64,000 nt of DNA from an uncultured Gammaproteobacteria bacterium (lineage in GTDB: Bacteria > Patescibacteriota > Patescibacteriia > UBA9934), in assembly GCA_964613815.1 (NCBI GenBank), contig CAZTKG010000005.1:22026-86025 (forward strand), given 5' to 3'. The translations under genes and the position numbers were made by a program. This document shows, one piece after another, positions 24,624-34,400 of the stretch. Within the stretch, counting starts at the first letter, position 1, and each line of letters starts with the position of its first letter. Under the pieces are notes generated by a model, which was not told the origin of the DNA, ran no database searches, and saw nothing but the letters and a program-made list of their open reading frames with translations.

Positions 24624-27149
24624 ATGGCTCGAAAGGAGAACATCTCTATCTCTTTGAACGGCGCTGATGAGCGTGCGGATTTTGATACTGCGCTACCGGT
24701 TTCTCTTGCCTCCAAAACCGGAGAAGCTCTTGAAAAAAAGATTGTCCCACGGACCTCTGTCGAGCCTGAACTTTCTCCGTATGTCATCCACCTTTCGCAC
24801 GATGAAGAAATTGGAGGTCTCAATCGTGCCCGCGCCCTTCTTGACGAGCTCGATCTTCCAGAAGATTTTGATGAAGTCTCGTTGATCGAAGAAGACCCGC
24901 TTCTTGTTACCCGAGCCGATCTGGCCTCGCAGCTTCGAGAACCCGATGTGCACCTCCGATCTATTGAGCCAGCTACTGCCAAGTCTTTGGATGATTTTGA
25001 CTTAGACGTCCCTCAGTTTGCTCCCCATGAATGGGACTCTGAAGAGATCCATCTCTCTCTTGCCGCGGACTCCCTGCACGACGAAAGCCCCTTAGAACCC
25101 ACCGAGACGCTCCATGAAGAGCGCGCTCCTCGACGTAGATGGGTACGATTTCGATTTGGAGAAGCTAAACATCGAGCGGTTGCGGCCTTTACTATTTTAT
25201 CCTTTTCTCTTGTCGCGCCTCTTCATGCGATGCAAGGACTTGTGAAGGTCAATGATGCTCCAGCTCAGGTTATGGAAACCAGCAGCTTGGCTATTGATAA
25301 TTTCCTGCGCGGCGCTCATGCGCTTGAAGATGATCGATTCGCTGTTGCGAGTGCAGATTTTGATCGCGCTAGCGAAGCGTTTGCAGGCGCCGATGAGGAG
25401 CTTAATGAATTACGTGGCGTACTTCTGACTGCGCTTCGTCTGATCCCACAGACAAAGAAGACACATGACTCTGTTCGAGGGCTCTTGGGAGCTGGTCAGA
25501 ATCTCTCACTTGCTGCAGCGAACATGTCTGAAGCTGGCAACTCCATTCTTTCTGAAGAATCTACTGACCTGGTGACGAAACTGCATTTACTCGATGCCTA
25601 TGTAAGCTCTTCCCTACCGCATGTGCAAGAGGCGGAGATTTCCCTTGCCTCCGTTGACCCAGATGTTATTCCTGATGATCAGCGAGAACAAGTTGCTCTG
25701 CTTTTAGAAAAAACTCCACAGCTTGCTCGAAGTATGGAAGAGTTTCGGGAGTTTTCTGATGCGTTAAAAACTGTTTTAGGTGATGACCGGAAGATGCGTT
25801 ACTTGGTTGCGTTCCAGAATAATGCAGAGATCCGTCCTACTGGGGGTTTTATTGGGAGCTTTGCGGAGATCGATGTTTATGAAGGCGAAATTGTTGGCGT
25901 GACGATTCCTGAGGGCGGCACGTATGATCTTCAAGGTCAGCTATCTGCGTTTGTTGCTGCACCTGAACCTATGCAGCTCATCAATCCTCGATGGGAGTTT
26001 CATGATTCTAATTGGTTTCCTGATTTTCCTACATCTGCCGAAAAACTTCTCTGGTTTTACGAGAAAGCTGGTGGACCTACCGTTGATGGCGTCATTGCGA
26101 TTAACGCGACTTTGATGCCTGAGCTCTTGGGAGTCCTTGGAGAAGTTGAGATGCCAGAATATGGACGCACGATTGATCGTGAGAACTTCTTGTTTGAAAC
26201 GCAGAAGATCGTTGAGCACGAATATGAACAGTATACGGATGCTGATGATGAACGAGAGGAAGATGCTCCTAAGAAATTTATTGGAGACCTTGCACCGAAG
26301 CTACTTGAGCGAATGAAGGAGACCAATTTAGATCAGTCGTTAGCGCTTTTGGAAATTTTGAGCTCGGCGCTTTTGGAAAAAGACACGATGCTTTACTTCC
26401 GCGACAATGCGCTTCAATCCGACATGCAGAAGCTTGGGTGGACCGGTGAAATGAAACAAGCCCCTCAGGATGCGCTAATGATTGTGAATACGAACCTTGG
26501 AGGGAAGAAAACTGACACCGTGATTGATCAAGAGATTGATCTGGACGTTTCTATTTCTGACGACGGCCGAATCGTGAATACGCTTCGGATAACTAAGAAT
26601 CATCGCGGGCTCTCTTCTCATATTTTTGAAGGAGAGAATAACGTTGACTACCTTCGTGTGTATGTTCCTGAGGGGAGCACCCTCTTGCATGCTGAAGGAT
26701 TTGAAATTCCCGATGAGGACCTATTTGATGAGAGTGACTTGATTTTGACGCCTGATGAAGACCTGACGCTGTTGATGCAAAACACTTCTCAGCATGACGA
26801 GAGCGGTACTGATATTTGGGACGAGCAAGGGCGCACTGTTTTTGGAAACTGGATTCAGACGAAGCCTGGCGAAATGGAGACTATTGAATTTGTCTATGAA
26901 CTTCCGTTTACTGTTGAAATGCCGAGTGAAGCCCCTTCCCTCTTAGAGATTGCAAAGGCTCGTGTCGGGCTCCGTCACTTGAGTGAATACAGTCTGTTCA
27001 TCCAGAAGCAACCCGGTGTCTTGGAACGCGAAACGCGTGTACGGCTCCATCTTCCTGAAGGCTCTAATGTCGCCTGGCAGTCTCGCGAAGGAAGCAGCGT
27101 GGACAATGATCGGGATGCGTTCCTTCAGTACATTTTGGAGCATAAATAA
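24624..27149 (+). CDS. Large DUF4012-like protein (841 aa), N-terminal TM anchor, polysaccharide-locus associated
   Basis: Contains FQNNAEIRPTGGFIGSFAEID, which I recall as the DUF4012 hallmark; this is a recollection, not a search result. It sits after three GT genes. Confidence 0.5.
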   Translation: MARKENISISLNGADERADFDTALPVSLASKTGEALEKKIVPRTSVEPELSPYVIHLSHDEEIGGLNRARALLDELDLPEDFDEVSLIEEDPLLVTRADLASQLREPDVHLRSIEPATAKSLDDFDLDVPQFAPHEWDSEEIHLSLAADSLHDESPLEPTETLHEERAPRRRWVRFRFGEAKHRAVAAFTILSFSLVAPLHAMQGLVKVNDAPAQVMETSSLAIDNFLRGAHALEDDRFAVASADFDRASEAFAGADEELNELRGVLLTALRLIPQTKKTHDSVRGLLGAGQNLSLAAANMSEAGNSILSEESTDLVTKLHLLDAYVSSSLPHVQEAEISLASVDPDVIPDDQREQVALLLEKTPQLARSMEEFREFSDALKTVLGDDRKMRYLVAFQNNAEIRPTGGFIGSFAEIDVYEGEIVGVTIPEGGTYDLQGQLSAFVAAPEPMQLINPRWEFHDSNWFPDFPTSAEKLLWFYEKAGGPTVDGVIAINATLMPELLGVLGEVEMPEYGRTIDRENFLFETQKIVEHEYEQYTDADDEREEDAPKKFIGDLAPKLLERMKETNLDQSLALLEILSSALLEKDTMLYFRDNALQSDMQKLGWTGEMKQAPQDALMIVNTNLGGKKTDTVIDQEIDLDVSISDDGRIVNTLRITKNHRGLSSHIFEGENNVDYLRVYVPEGSTLLHAEGFEIPDEDLFDESDLILTPDEDLTLLMQNTSQHDESGTDIWDEQGRTVFGNWIQTKPGEMETIEFVYELPFTVEMPSEAPSLLEIAKARVGLRHLSEYSLFIQKQPGVLERETRVRLHLPEGSNVAWQSREGSSVDNDRDAFLQYILEHK

Positions 27150-27193
27150 ATTGAGACCTTGAATCTTGGTCTCGTAGCATTGTTATTTTTTGT

Positions 27194-29197
27194 ATGGCCA
27201 AACATCATGGTCACAGTAAACATCATAGAGCCGCGAATAAGAAGAAGCGCGCGCATCAAGACGAGGATCACGAAGAGCGTGATGATGATTTTGAAGATGA
27301 CGAAGACGAGGTCACTATTGAAGAAGAAGTTGATGCTGACGAGGTAGATGCTCAGGATGAGGTCGATGATGAGATTGATGCACTTGAGGATGGCGAGGAA
27401 TATACGGTTGAGGAGGAAAAAGTCTTGATGAAAGAGGGTCTTGAGGCTATCTATGGACGCGGGAGAAAGAAGGTAAATTTTTCTCAGCTTGATAAGGTTA
27501 ACCATGGACTCACCGGTGCCTTGAAGACTATTGTTTTTACGCTTGCTGCTGTTGCCATCGCTGCCTGGGGTGGGTTCTTTGTTTATAATAAGTATCTTTT
27601 GAACGTGACAGATGAGATGCTCATCATCGAGATTGAGGCTGATTCGGAAATCGTTAGTGGAGAAGAGACGTCTGTTGTGATCGACTATCGTAATGTCGCC
27701 ACGATCCCCCTTGCCTCTTTGGCGTTTGAGGTTCATCTTCCTGACGGGTTTGAAGTTGTGTCTTTTGACCCTGAGCCTACCGACGCTGAGAATTTGACTT
27801 GGACTATTGGCACTATGACTGCCGGGTCTGATGGCGCTATTCAAATTGAAGGGGTTTGGTATGCTGATACCCCTTCTTCTACGTCGATTCAGGCGCTGGC
27901 AAATTATCGACCCAGTAACTTTAATTCTGATTTTCAGGAGATAGAGACCGTTTCTGTTTCTACACTTTCCAGCGTACTTTCGATGGAGATTGAGGGACCT
28001 GAGGATATCGTTCCTGGTGAGGATGGAGAATATACACTTGCTGTGCGCACCGATAGTGAAGAGAGCGTGCGAGATATCGAGGTTGAGGTTGCGCTTCCTG
28101 AGGGGTTTTATATTGACTCTAGTGACCCTGCACCGCTTGAGGAGGGGGCGGCTCATTGGGGAATTGAGCGTGTGAGCGCAGATCATCCGATTGAGATTTC
28201 TTTTGTCGGATCGTTTGCGAGTGATATTTCTGGGTTCCAGTATTTTGATGCTGATGTTGGTGTTGTGCGTGGGGATGAGGTGTATACGCAGGCTTCTGGT
28301 CAGGGGTTTACCGATGTTTTGACGAGCAATCTTTCGATTCAGCTTGTGGTGAATGGGAGCACGAATGATACGACGCTTGAGGTTGGGGATCGGATTCGGG
28401 TGAGTGTGGCAGTGATGAATACCGGGGAAAGTGCGATTGAGAATCCTTCGCTTTTGGTTGATTTTCAGTCGGATGAACCGATGCCGATTAATTGGGGGGA
28501 TGCGAGTTTGGATGGTGGAGTGATTACGAGTGATGGGATTGTGCTCACGAATGAGGAGACGGAGGCGATTGAGGTTGGTGAGAAGCGGACATGGAATTTA
28601 ACGTTCCCTACGCGGTCAGAGGTTCAGGATGGAGAGGTTGATCGCTTCCCTGTTGTCGCTGTGGTGGAGAATGGGGATGTGCAGGCACGGTCTCAGACGG
28701 TGGAGATTAGTTTTAACACAGAGGCCGATCTGTCTGCAGGAGCTCGGTATTACAATGATGACGGGGCGCCACTTGGGTCTGGGCCGCTTCCGCCTACGGT
28801 TGGCGAGGTGACGACGTATCACGTGTATTGGTCGGTGAAGAATTCACTGCACGATCTTGAGGACGTGCGGGTGAGTGCAGTTTTGCCTGGGGATGTTGAT
28901 TGGGATGAGGGTGCTGTGGCGGATATTGGGGACGTTGCGTTTGATGAGGGGTCTCGGACGGTGACTTGGACCATCTCGGCACTTTCTGAGGAATTGACCA
29001 GTGTTGGGGCGAGTTTTGCGGTGTCTTTGACGCCAGATGAGAGTGATATTGATACGTTTGTGAAGTTGATTTCTGGAAGTAGTTTGCAGGGGACGGATGT
29101 GGTTACGGAGGCGCTTGTGCAGGATACGACGGAAGCGCTGACGACGGAGCTGCCGGATGATGGGTATGTTGAGGATCGGGGGATTGTGGTTGAGTAG
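27194..29197 (+). CDS. Surface protein: His/acidic N-terminus, single TM, then multiple beta-rich repeat domains (CARDB/DUF11-like)
   Basis: 667 aa. The N-terminus MAKHHGHSKHHRAANKKKRAHQDEDHEERDDDFEDDEDE is followed by a TM helix and repeated ~100-aa modules with recurring motifs (LPxGF...PxP, VxxxNTGxS). Confidence 0.55.
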   Translation: MAKHHGHSKHHRAANKKKRAHQDEDHEERDDDFEDDEDEVTIEEEVDADEVDAQDEVDDEIDALEDGEEYTVEEEKVLMKEGLEAIYGRGRKKVNFSQLDKVNHGLTGALKTIVFTLAAVAIAAWGGFFVYNKYLLNVTDEMLIIEIEADSEIVSGEETSVVIDYRNVATIPLASLAFEVHLPDGFEVVSFDPEPTDAENLTWTIGTMTAGSDGAIQIEGVWYADTPSSTSIQALANYRPSNFNSDFQEIETVSVSTLSSVLSMEIEGPEDIVPGEDGEYTLAVRTDSEESVRDIEVEVALPEGFYIDSSDPAPLEEGAAHWGIERVSADHPIEISFVGSFASDISGFQYFDADVGVVRGDEVYTQASGQGFTDVLTSNLSIQLVVNGSTNDTTLEVGDRIRVSVAVMNTGESAIENPSLLVDFQSDEPMPINWGDASLDGGVITSDGIVLTNEETEAIEVGEKRTWNLTFPTRSEVQDGEVDRFPVVAVVENGDVQARSQTVEISFNTEADLSAGARYYNDDGAPLGSGPLPPTVGEVTTYHVYWSVKNSLHDLEDVRVSAVLPGDVDWDEGAVADIGDVAFDEGSRTVTWTISALSEELTSVGASFAVSLTPDESDIDTFVKLISGSSLQGTDVVTEALVQDTTEALTTELPDDGYVEDRGIVVE

Positions 29198-29420
29198 TTG
29201 GGTTGGTGAGGGGTTTTGATCTTTGAGGCGTGATGAAAATTGGCTATTTTTCGCCAATTTTTTATGTTTTGGAACCACTTATGCGACGACCGTGAGAAAA
29301 GAGGTTCTTTTTTTGTTCAATGGAGTGCATCGTCATGTTCTGATTTTTTGCCCAAACTCCCTGTTTTTTGTTGTTTTTGACCATAAATATGCTACCATGT
29401 AGCTACCTCGGAATGAAGAG

Positions 29421-29605
29421 GGGGTGGTCAGCTATGTGCAAGCTCTTGCACTCATAGCGGAACGACTCTGAGCGTAGGCTATGCCTACAGGAGGTGAAGG
29501 CTATGTGCCTGCTCGTGTGCTGACCTACACGGAAAACTTCAACCCACAACGGAACGAAAGGTTCTAAAGGAGGTGGTCAGCGTGTGCAAGCTCGTGCAGT
29601 GATAA
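29421..29605 (+). repeat. Tandem array of three SD+mini-ORF units (MCKLLHS 29434-29457; MCLLVC 29503-29523; MCKLVQ with GTG start 29582-29602), each followed by a CCTACA/TGTAGG-type hairpin
   Basis: GGAGGTG is repeated three times 8-9 nt upstream of ATGTGC/GTGTGC. The palindrome GTGCAAGCTCTTGCAC lies inside unit 1. Confidence 0.4.
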
Positions 29606-29807
29606 ACTGTAGGTGTTTACACCGACCCTGTACATTGAGACACCTGGGCAATCGTGCCCTTGCAGAGACCAAAAATCTCGGACCGGTCGCCCAACATGCG
29701 TGTCACGTGGCCTTCAAAACGCCCCAAGATGCGCTGAGGTACGCCCCATGTCCCTAGGATCCCCTTGCTCATCACCATGCTCGGCATGTGTGCTCTGACG
29801 GGGATCT

Positions 29808-30746
29808 TTACTTTCTGGCTTTTCTTCCTAGTTTGTAGAGCCAATACCAGATGTGCTTCTGTTGGAGATCGAATGTCCCTGGGGACTCGATGATTTCTCC
29901 GCCGAAGCCTTTTTTGTATCTTGAAATACCTGTCCAGGCATGCGAGACGTCGGAATGTCTTGGAGCGATGCCCCAGAAATCGAAGGCTGTGAGACCTTGT
30001 TTTTTTGCGTCTTTAATGAGGAACCAGTGAAGGGCGTATTGCGGCATCGTGTTTCGGTGGAGGTTGCTGGTGGCGCCGTGGAGGTAGGTTCTTGTGCCTT
30101 GGAAATCTAGGATGATGTTTGCGGCGAGGGGGCGGTCTTCGTAGAAGGCCATGGCGAGGGATGCTTTTGCCTCCCCTGCTTTGAGGTTGTGGAGCATGGT
30201 GCGGTAGTAGACTTCTGCGTGTGGCGTGAAGCTGTCTCGGTTTGATGTTTGGTCGAGTAGGCGTGCAAAGTCGTCGAAGTGCGATGCGTCTACGATGCGG
30301 CATGATACGCCTTTTCGTTCGGCGAGGCGGATGTTGTAGCGCGTTTTTGCCTTCATGGAGGCGAGAAGGTCTTTTTCTGATGGGGTGATGTTTACTATTG
30401 TCGTCGTACTTGGCTGGACGTCTTTGACCTTTGGGAGAGTTGATTCTGCTGCAGGTTCTAGGCGGAAGAACATGGCGTCTAGGAGGTGTTCTCGGAGGCT
30501 TGAGATCATGCGTTCTTGGGGCATGTTGCCGAGCGGGCCTTTTGGGATGTACCAGTAGAACTGACCCATTGGGAGCGGCATCTTGATTGCTTGCGCGACG
30601 ATTTCTGTTTCTCCTTCTTTTTGATGGATGCGCTCTACCCTTTTGCCTGTTTGACGTTGAAACTCTCCCCATTCGAAGGACTGCAAAAACGCTCCGGATT
30701 TGGGAGCGTGTTTTTGGACGAGCTTGTTCCAAGCTTGGCTTTCCAT
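29808..30746 (-). CDS. FemAB-family aminoacyltransferase-like protein (peptidoglycan interpeptide bridge formation)
   Basis: 312 aa, with general similarity of length, composition and motifs to the FemAB/FemX family. Assignment is tentative. Confidence 0.5.
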   Translation of the reverse strand: MESQAWNKLVQKHAPKSGAFLQSFEWGEFQRQTGKRVERIHQKEGETEIVAQAIKMPLPMGQFYWYIPKGPLGNMPQERMISSLREHLLDAMFFRLEPAAESTLPKVKDVQPSTTTIVNITPSEKDLLASMKAKTRYNIRLAERKGVSCRIVDASHFDDFARLLDQTSNRDSFTPHAEVYYRTMLHNLKAGEAKASLAMAFYEDRPLAANIILDFQGTRTYLHGATSNLHRNTMPQYALHWFLIKDAKKQGLTAFDFWGIAPRHSDVSHAWTGISRYKKGFGGEIIESPGTFDLQQKHIWYWLYKLGRKARK

Positions 30747-30755
30747 GGGTTGATT

Positions 30756-31298
30756 TTATGCTGAAAGCTGTTTTAACGCCAGCCTAATACGCTCCTCTTC
30801 TGAACCTTCGGGAATTATTGATAGGGCCGCTGCCGCGTCTTGTCTTGCGTAGCCGAGTCCTGTGAGCATTTCGATGAGGTCGCCGTCTTGAGATGACTCC
30901 CCTACCTCGATGACGAGAACACCTTGGAGTTCGAGGACGATTTTTTGTGCGGTCTTTTTTCCAACTCCTGACACTCCCTGCAGAATTGCGACGTCCCCTC
31001 TTGCGATTCCATCCCTGATTCTATTGCCGTGGTTTGCCTGCATGATTTTGAGCGCCATTTTTGGACCGACGCCTGAGATGTCGATGAGGCGCTTGAACAT
31101 TGCGAGGGACCCTTTTGATGATGCGCCGAAGAGTTCTCGGCGGTCTTCGCGGATGAAGTCGAAGATGTGCAACTCTACGGCATCGCCAAGTTCAAATGCC
31201 CCGTCTAGTGTGTAGACTTGGTATCCGATCCCTCCTGCGAGGACGACGATTGAATCTTGTTGGATTGTGTGAACTGTTCCTGTGATAAAGGCGATCAT
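30756..31298 (-). CDS. ruvA: Holliday junction DNA helicase RuvA
   Basis: MIAFITGTV...GIGYQV...GVGPKMALKI...GVGKKTAQKIVLEL: the OB fold and two HhH motifs. The likely start is at 31298 (listed ORF to 31349). Confidence 0.85.
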   Translation of the reverse strand: MIAFITGTVHTIQQDSIVVLAGGIGYQVYTLDGAFELGDAVELHIFDFIREDRRELFGASSKGSLAMFKRLIDISGVGPKMALKIMQANHGNRIRDGIARGDVAILQGVSGVGKKTAQKIVLELQGVLVIEVGESSQDGDLIEMLTGLGYARQDAAAALSIIPEGSEEERIRLALKQLSA

Positions 31299-31311
31299 AT
31301 TCGCCATGTTC

Positions 31312-32475
31312 TCATGCTGCGTTTGAATGGTCAAAATGCATTCTCGCAACCTCTACTCTACGCCTTATTTCTGCCTCGTTTTTTCCAAAGCTCTGCCTTG
31401 CATGCCCCTTTGTGATCAAGCTCTTTATCGCACTCATCACCTCCCCTCTCTTTGGTCCGTGTGGTGTTTTGAGCAAGCTGAATACGTCGTCGGCTGCAAG
31501 GCCGCTTTTTCTCATTATCTCTTTGAGATGCTTTCTTTTCTTTAGATCTACTGACTCCTGCCTTGCCTCTCTTCTTTCTGGCATGCCGTGCTCTTCTGCG
31601 CGCCAGATGTTTTTTATTGATTCCCAGTTTGTTTTTGTTTCTCCGTCTTGGCATTCCAATGCCCCTATCATCTCCAAAAAAACAACGGCGGTCATGAGAT
31701 CAAGTGCATGATGTGTGTCTAACCCCCGCTTTCCTGCACGCGCCGCCAATACTTCCCACGCTTCTTTGTCAGCAGTCTTCCCCATTATTTTTCCTATGTC
31801 TTCGTGATGCACGATGAGCCATGTGAGTATGTCTTGATCTGTGCTTGAGAGGCGATGCATATCGGAGATCTCTTTGGTCTCTTGCGTTCTCCCTGCTGAC
31901 TTTTTGGCGTAGCCCTCGTCATTCACTTCTATCTCGTATACATCGAAGAAATGAATATCTGATTTTCCTGTTTTAATTTTGTGTGCTTTTTTTAACTTTT
32001 TGTAAAGCGCTGTTGCATCTGCGTCTGCGTTCATGAACCCCTCAGCCTCCCCTTTTGATCCTGCTATGCAGGTGAACCTGAGCACCTCTGCCTTTCCTAG
32101 GTCATGCAATGCGATGAATGCTGAGAGTATTTCTTTGTGCTCGATGATTGTTTCGCGGAGATAGTGCATGTCTGTCTGGAAGTGCGTGTCTTGAGCCACC
32201 TCTTCAATACGAAAAAAATCCTCTTCGGAGACGATTTTGTTTAGCCCTCCTTGCATTCGCGTAACATGATCCATCACTTCCCCGCCCTCCGCATGATGTG
32301 GTGGAGACTGCGGCACTCCAGCCAACACCCTTCTTGTTGCCTCTGGCATCTGATCGGGTCTGCAGCTCGCGATCCAATCACGAAATGCGATGAGCTGCTT
32401 TGATTTTTTTGTGTGTGCACGGCTCCACATAATAACGATATGTACGAGATTTTCTTGATCAAAATTGGTTGACAA
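31312..32475 (-). CDS. HD-domain phosphohydrolase-like protein (387 aa)
   Basis: H...HDLGK and HHED motifs spaced like an HD superfamily metal site; otherwise unrecognised. Confidence 0.45.
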   Translation of the reverse strand: MSTNFDQENLVHIVIMWSRAHTKKSKQLIAFRDWIASCRPDQMPEATRRVLAGVPQSPPHHAEGGEVMDHVTRMQGGLNKIVSEEDFFRIEEVAQDTHFQTDMHYLRETIIEHKEILSAFIALHDLGKAEVLRFTCIAGSKGEAEGFMNADADATALYKKLKKAHKIKTGKSDIHFFDVYEIEVNDEGYAKKSAGRTQETKEISDMHRLSSTDQDILTWLIVHHEDIGKIMGKTADKEAWEVLAARAGKRGLDTHHALDLMTAVVFLEMIGALECQDGETKTNWESIKNIWRAEEHGMPERREARQESVDLKKRKHLKEIMRKSGLAADDVFSLLKTPHGPKRGEVMSAIKSLITKGHARQSFGKNEAEIRRRVEVARMHFDHSNAA

Positions 32476-32806
32476 GCTTTTGTTCGCGTGCCATACTCCA
32501 AATGCTCCCTAGAGCCTTGTAACCTCTCCCGAATGGAAGGGTTGGCCTTATGCCTTCCCACTCGTCAGACGAACTGACATTACCCATTAGGAGGAAAACA
32601 TCATGGGGACCATGTAACCTAGAAGGTTCGGATTGCGTAGCTGATCAGATTTCCTGAAACGCACGCCGTCTGTGTTGTAAGACGCCTTTCGAACCACGAG
32701 CAGGGAAGGAGGTACTCCCTTGCTCACGCGCACGTCCACCAACCCGTTCTTTACCCCCTCTTCCCCGGTGACACACCGATCCACTCTGGTGCTGTTGCTG
32801 GGCTTT

Positions 32807-33556
32807 TTATTTTTTCGGCTTTTCTGCGGACTCCCAGGCTTGGTTGAAGACGGCCCGCATGGTGTCGGCGAAGATTTCGTTTTCGATAATGACGACTTCG
32901 ATGTCGCCTACGAGCATGACGTATGCGATTCGGTTTTTGTAGACCCAGATGTTTCCTTTGAAATCTGAGAACTTCTGATCTAGCTTTCGGAATGTTGCTC
33001 CTGGGTGGACGTTCCGCAATGTTCCTGCGAAGAGTGAACGCGCTTTGATGTTTTTGAATCCTTCTAGGCGGCGGAGTTGGAGTAGGACCTTTTCGTTTAG
33101 TGTTTCGTAGACGATGTCTGCGTTTCCGACCTCTAGCAACTCCTTTACGTTGAGAGAATGCACGTCACGGAAAAGTGCTCGAACTCCCTCTTCACCTTGG
33201 TAGAACCGTACGCGTGGGTTGTCTCCTCCGTGCATGACTCGCAGTTCTGGTACGAGTCGTTTGAGCGTTCCTAGCTGCCCCTTCATTTGCGTCAGACGCC
33301 CCTTGAAGTAGCTCTGCAAGTTGTCTGGATCCTCAACTGAGAACATGGTCTTCTTTCCTTTTTGGAAGGTGCTTGTAAGCCCCTTCTTTTGCAATGAACC
33401 GATGAGTTCGTATGCGGCAGTTCGTGATACGCCGGACTTTTTTGCAATGTTCTGAACACTGTTTGGTCCAAGCTTTAGCATTGCTAAATACACGCGTGTC
33501 TCGGTCTCTGAGAGGCCAAGATCTGTGAGAACTTGTTTGATGTTGCTTTGTGACAT
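32807..33556 (-). CDS. TrmB-family transcriptional regulator (N-terminal wHTH)
   Basis: The N-terminus LGLSETETRVYLAMLKLGPNSVQNIAKKSGVSRTAAYELIGSLQKKGL is typical of TrmB-like sugar regulators. Confidence 0.6.
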   Translation of the reverse strand: MSQSNIKQVLTDLGLSETETRVYLAMLKLGPNSVQNIAKKSGVSRTAAYELIGSLQKKGLTSTFQKGKKTMFSVEDPDNLQSYFKGRLTQMKGQLGTLKRLVPELRVMHGGDNPRVRFYQGEEGVRALFRDVHSLNVKELLEVGNADIVYETLNEKVLLQLRRLEGFKNIKARSLFAGTLRNVHPGATFRKLDQKFSDFKGNIWVYKNRIAYVMLVGDIEVVIIENEIFADTMRAVFNQAWESAEKPKK

Positions 33557-33572
33557 ATAAAATTTGTTACCC

Positions 33573-34400
33573 TTATTCTACAATGACTTTTAGGATTTCG
33601 TCTACGGTTGGCGCTTTTCCTTGCTTTGATAGGATGCCCCAGCACCTTCCGCCTCCGAAGGTGAATCCTCCGAATTGTTCGTGGAGTTTTGATGCTTGAT
33701 TTGTGTTTTGCACGTACGCTTTTTGATTTCCCTGCGTGATGATGGAGACTGGGATCTTCTCGTGCGCCTCATGGATGAGGTAGGATAGCGCGTCTCTGAT
33801 GCTGATGTCTGGTTGGTCTGAACGGAGGATGAGGATGCCATTTGCATCTTTTTTTGATTGCCAGACCCTCTGTGCCTCTGTCTCTTCTTGATCACAGATC
33901 TCGCCCCTCACTTCCCTTCTTAGGGACCTGTAGTGGAGGATGATTTCTTTTTCTTTTTGCGTGGAGAAACCTTCTTGCTTTAGCTCTCCCAGGAACCCCC
34001 TGTCCATTGCCGCGATTCCTTTTATGATGTCTGGATCGAATCCGGCGGTTTTGATCTCTTCTTCTCTGATTTGGAAAACATTCAGGAATTGCTCGAGGGA
34101 GCTCTCTGGCTTCATTCGGCTTATGTCTTCGTATTCGTGATGGTCGATAATGTGGAGTGTGTAGCCGGCGGTTTTGATTTCTTCCTCGATGCTTGGGCCT
34201 GGCATTTCCACGATAGCGACCTCTTTTGTTTCTGAGTCTGCGCTCTTGATGCGAGAGATGATGTCGGGCTCGTTTTCTAGCCTGGCTCCGTGAGGCTGGG
34301 ATGAGACGATTGTTTTGATATTGAATGCCTCAGCGAGCCTGATGATGGTGAGGGATTCTTCGTCGTTTTTTGGGCAGACGAGGATGATGTTGCTATTCAT
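33573..34400 (-). CDS. Hypothetical protein with IIDHH motif (possible phosphoesterase); overlaps the ileS stop by 8 bp
   Basis: The listed ORF extends to 34571 inside ileS. The start is likely MNSNIILVC at 34400. Confidence 0.4.
   Translation of the reverse strand: MNSNIILVCPKNDEESLTIIRLAEAFNIKTIVSSQPHGARLENEPDIISRIKSADSETKEVAIVEMPGPSIEEEIKTAGYTLHIIDHHEYEDISRMKPESSLEQFLNVFQIREEEIKTAGFDPDIIKGIAAMDRGFLGELKQEGFSTQKEKEIILHYRSLRREVRGEICDQEETEAQRVWQSKKDANGILILRSDQPDISIRDALSYLIHEAHEKIPVSIITQGNQKAYVQNTNQASKLHEQFGGFTFGGGRCWGILSKQGKAPTVDEILKVIVE

Noticed and set aside
27125-28186. 353-aa minus-strand ORF
   Set aside because: Antisense to the surface-repeat protein gene and low-complexity; spurious.
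29421-29605. CRISPR-like array consideration for the three tandem units
   Set aside because: The units are not identical repeats separated by unique spacers. The conserved parts are SD plus start codon plus the first codons, and there are no cas genes nearby.
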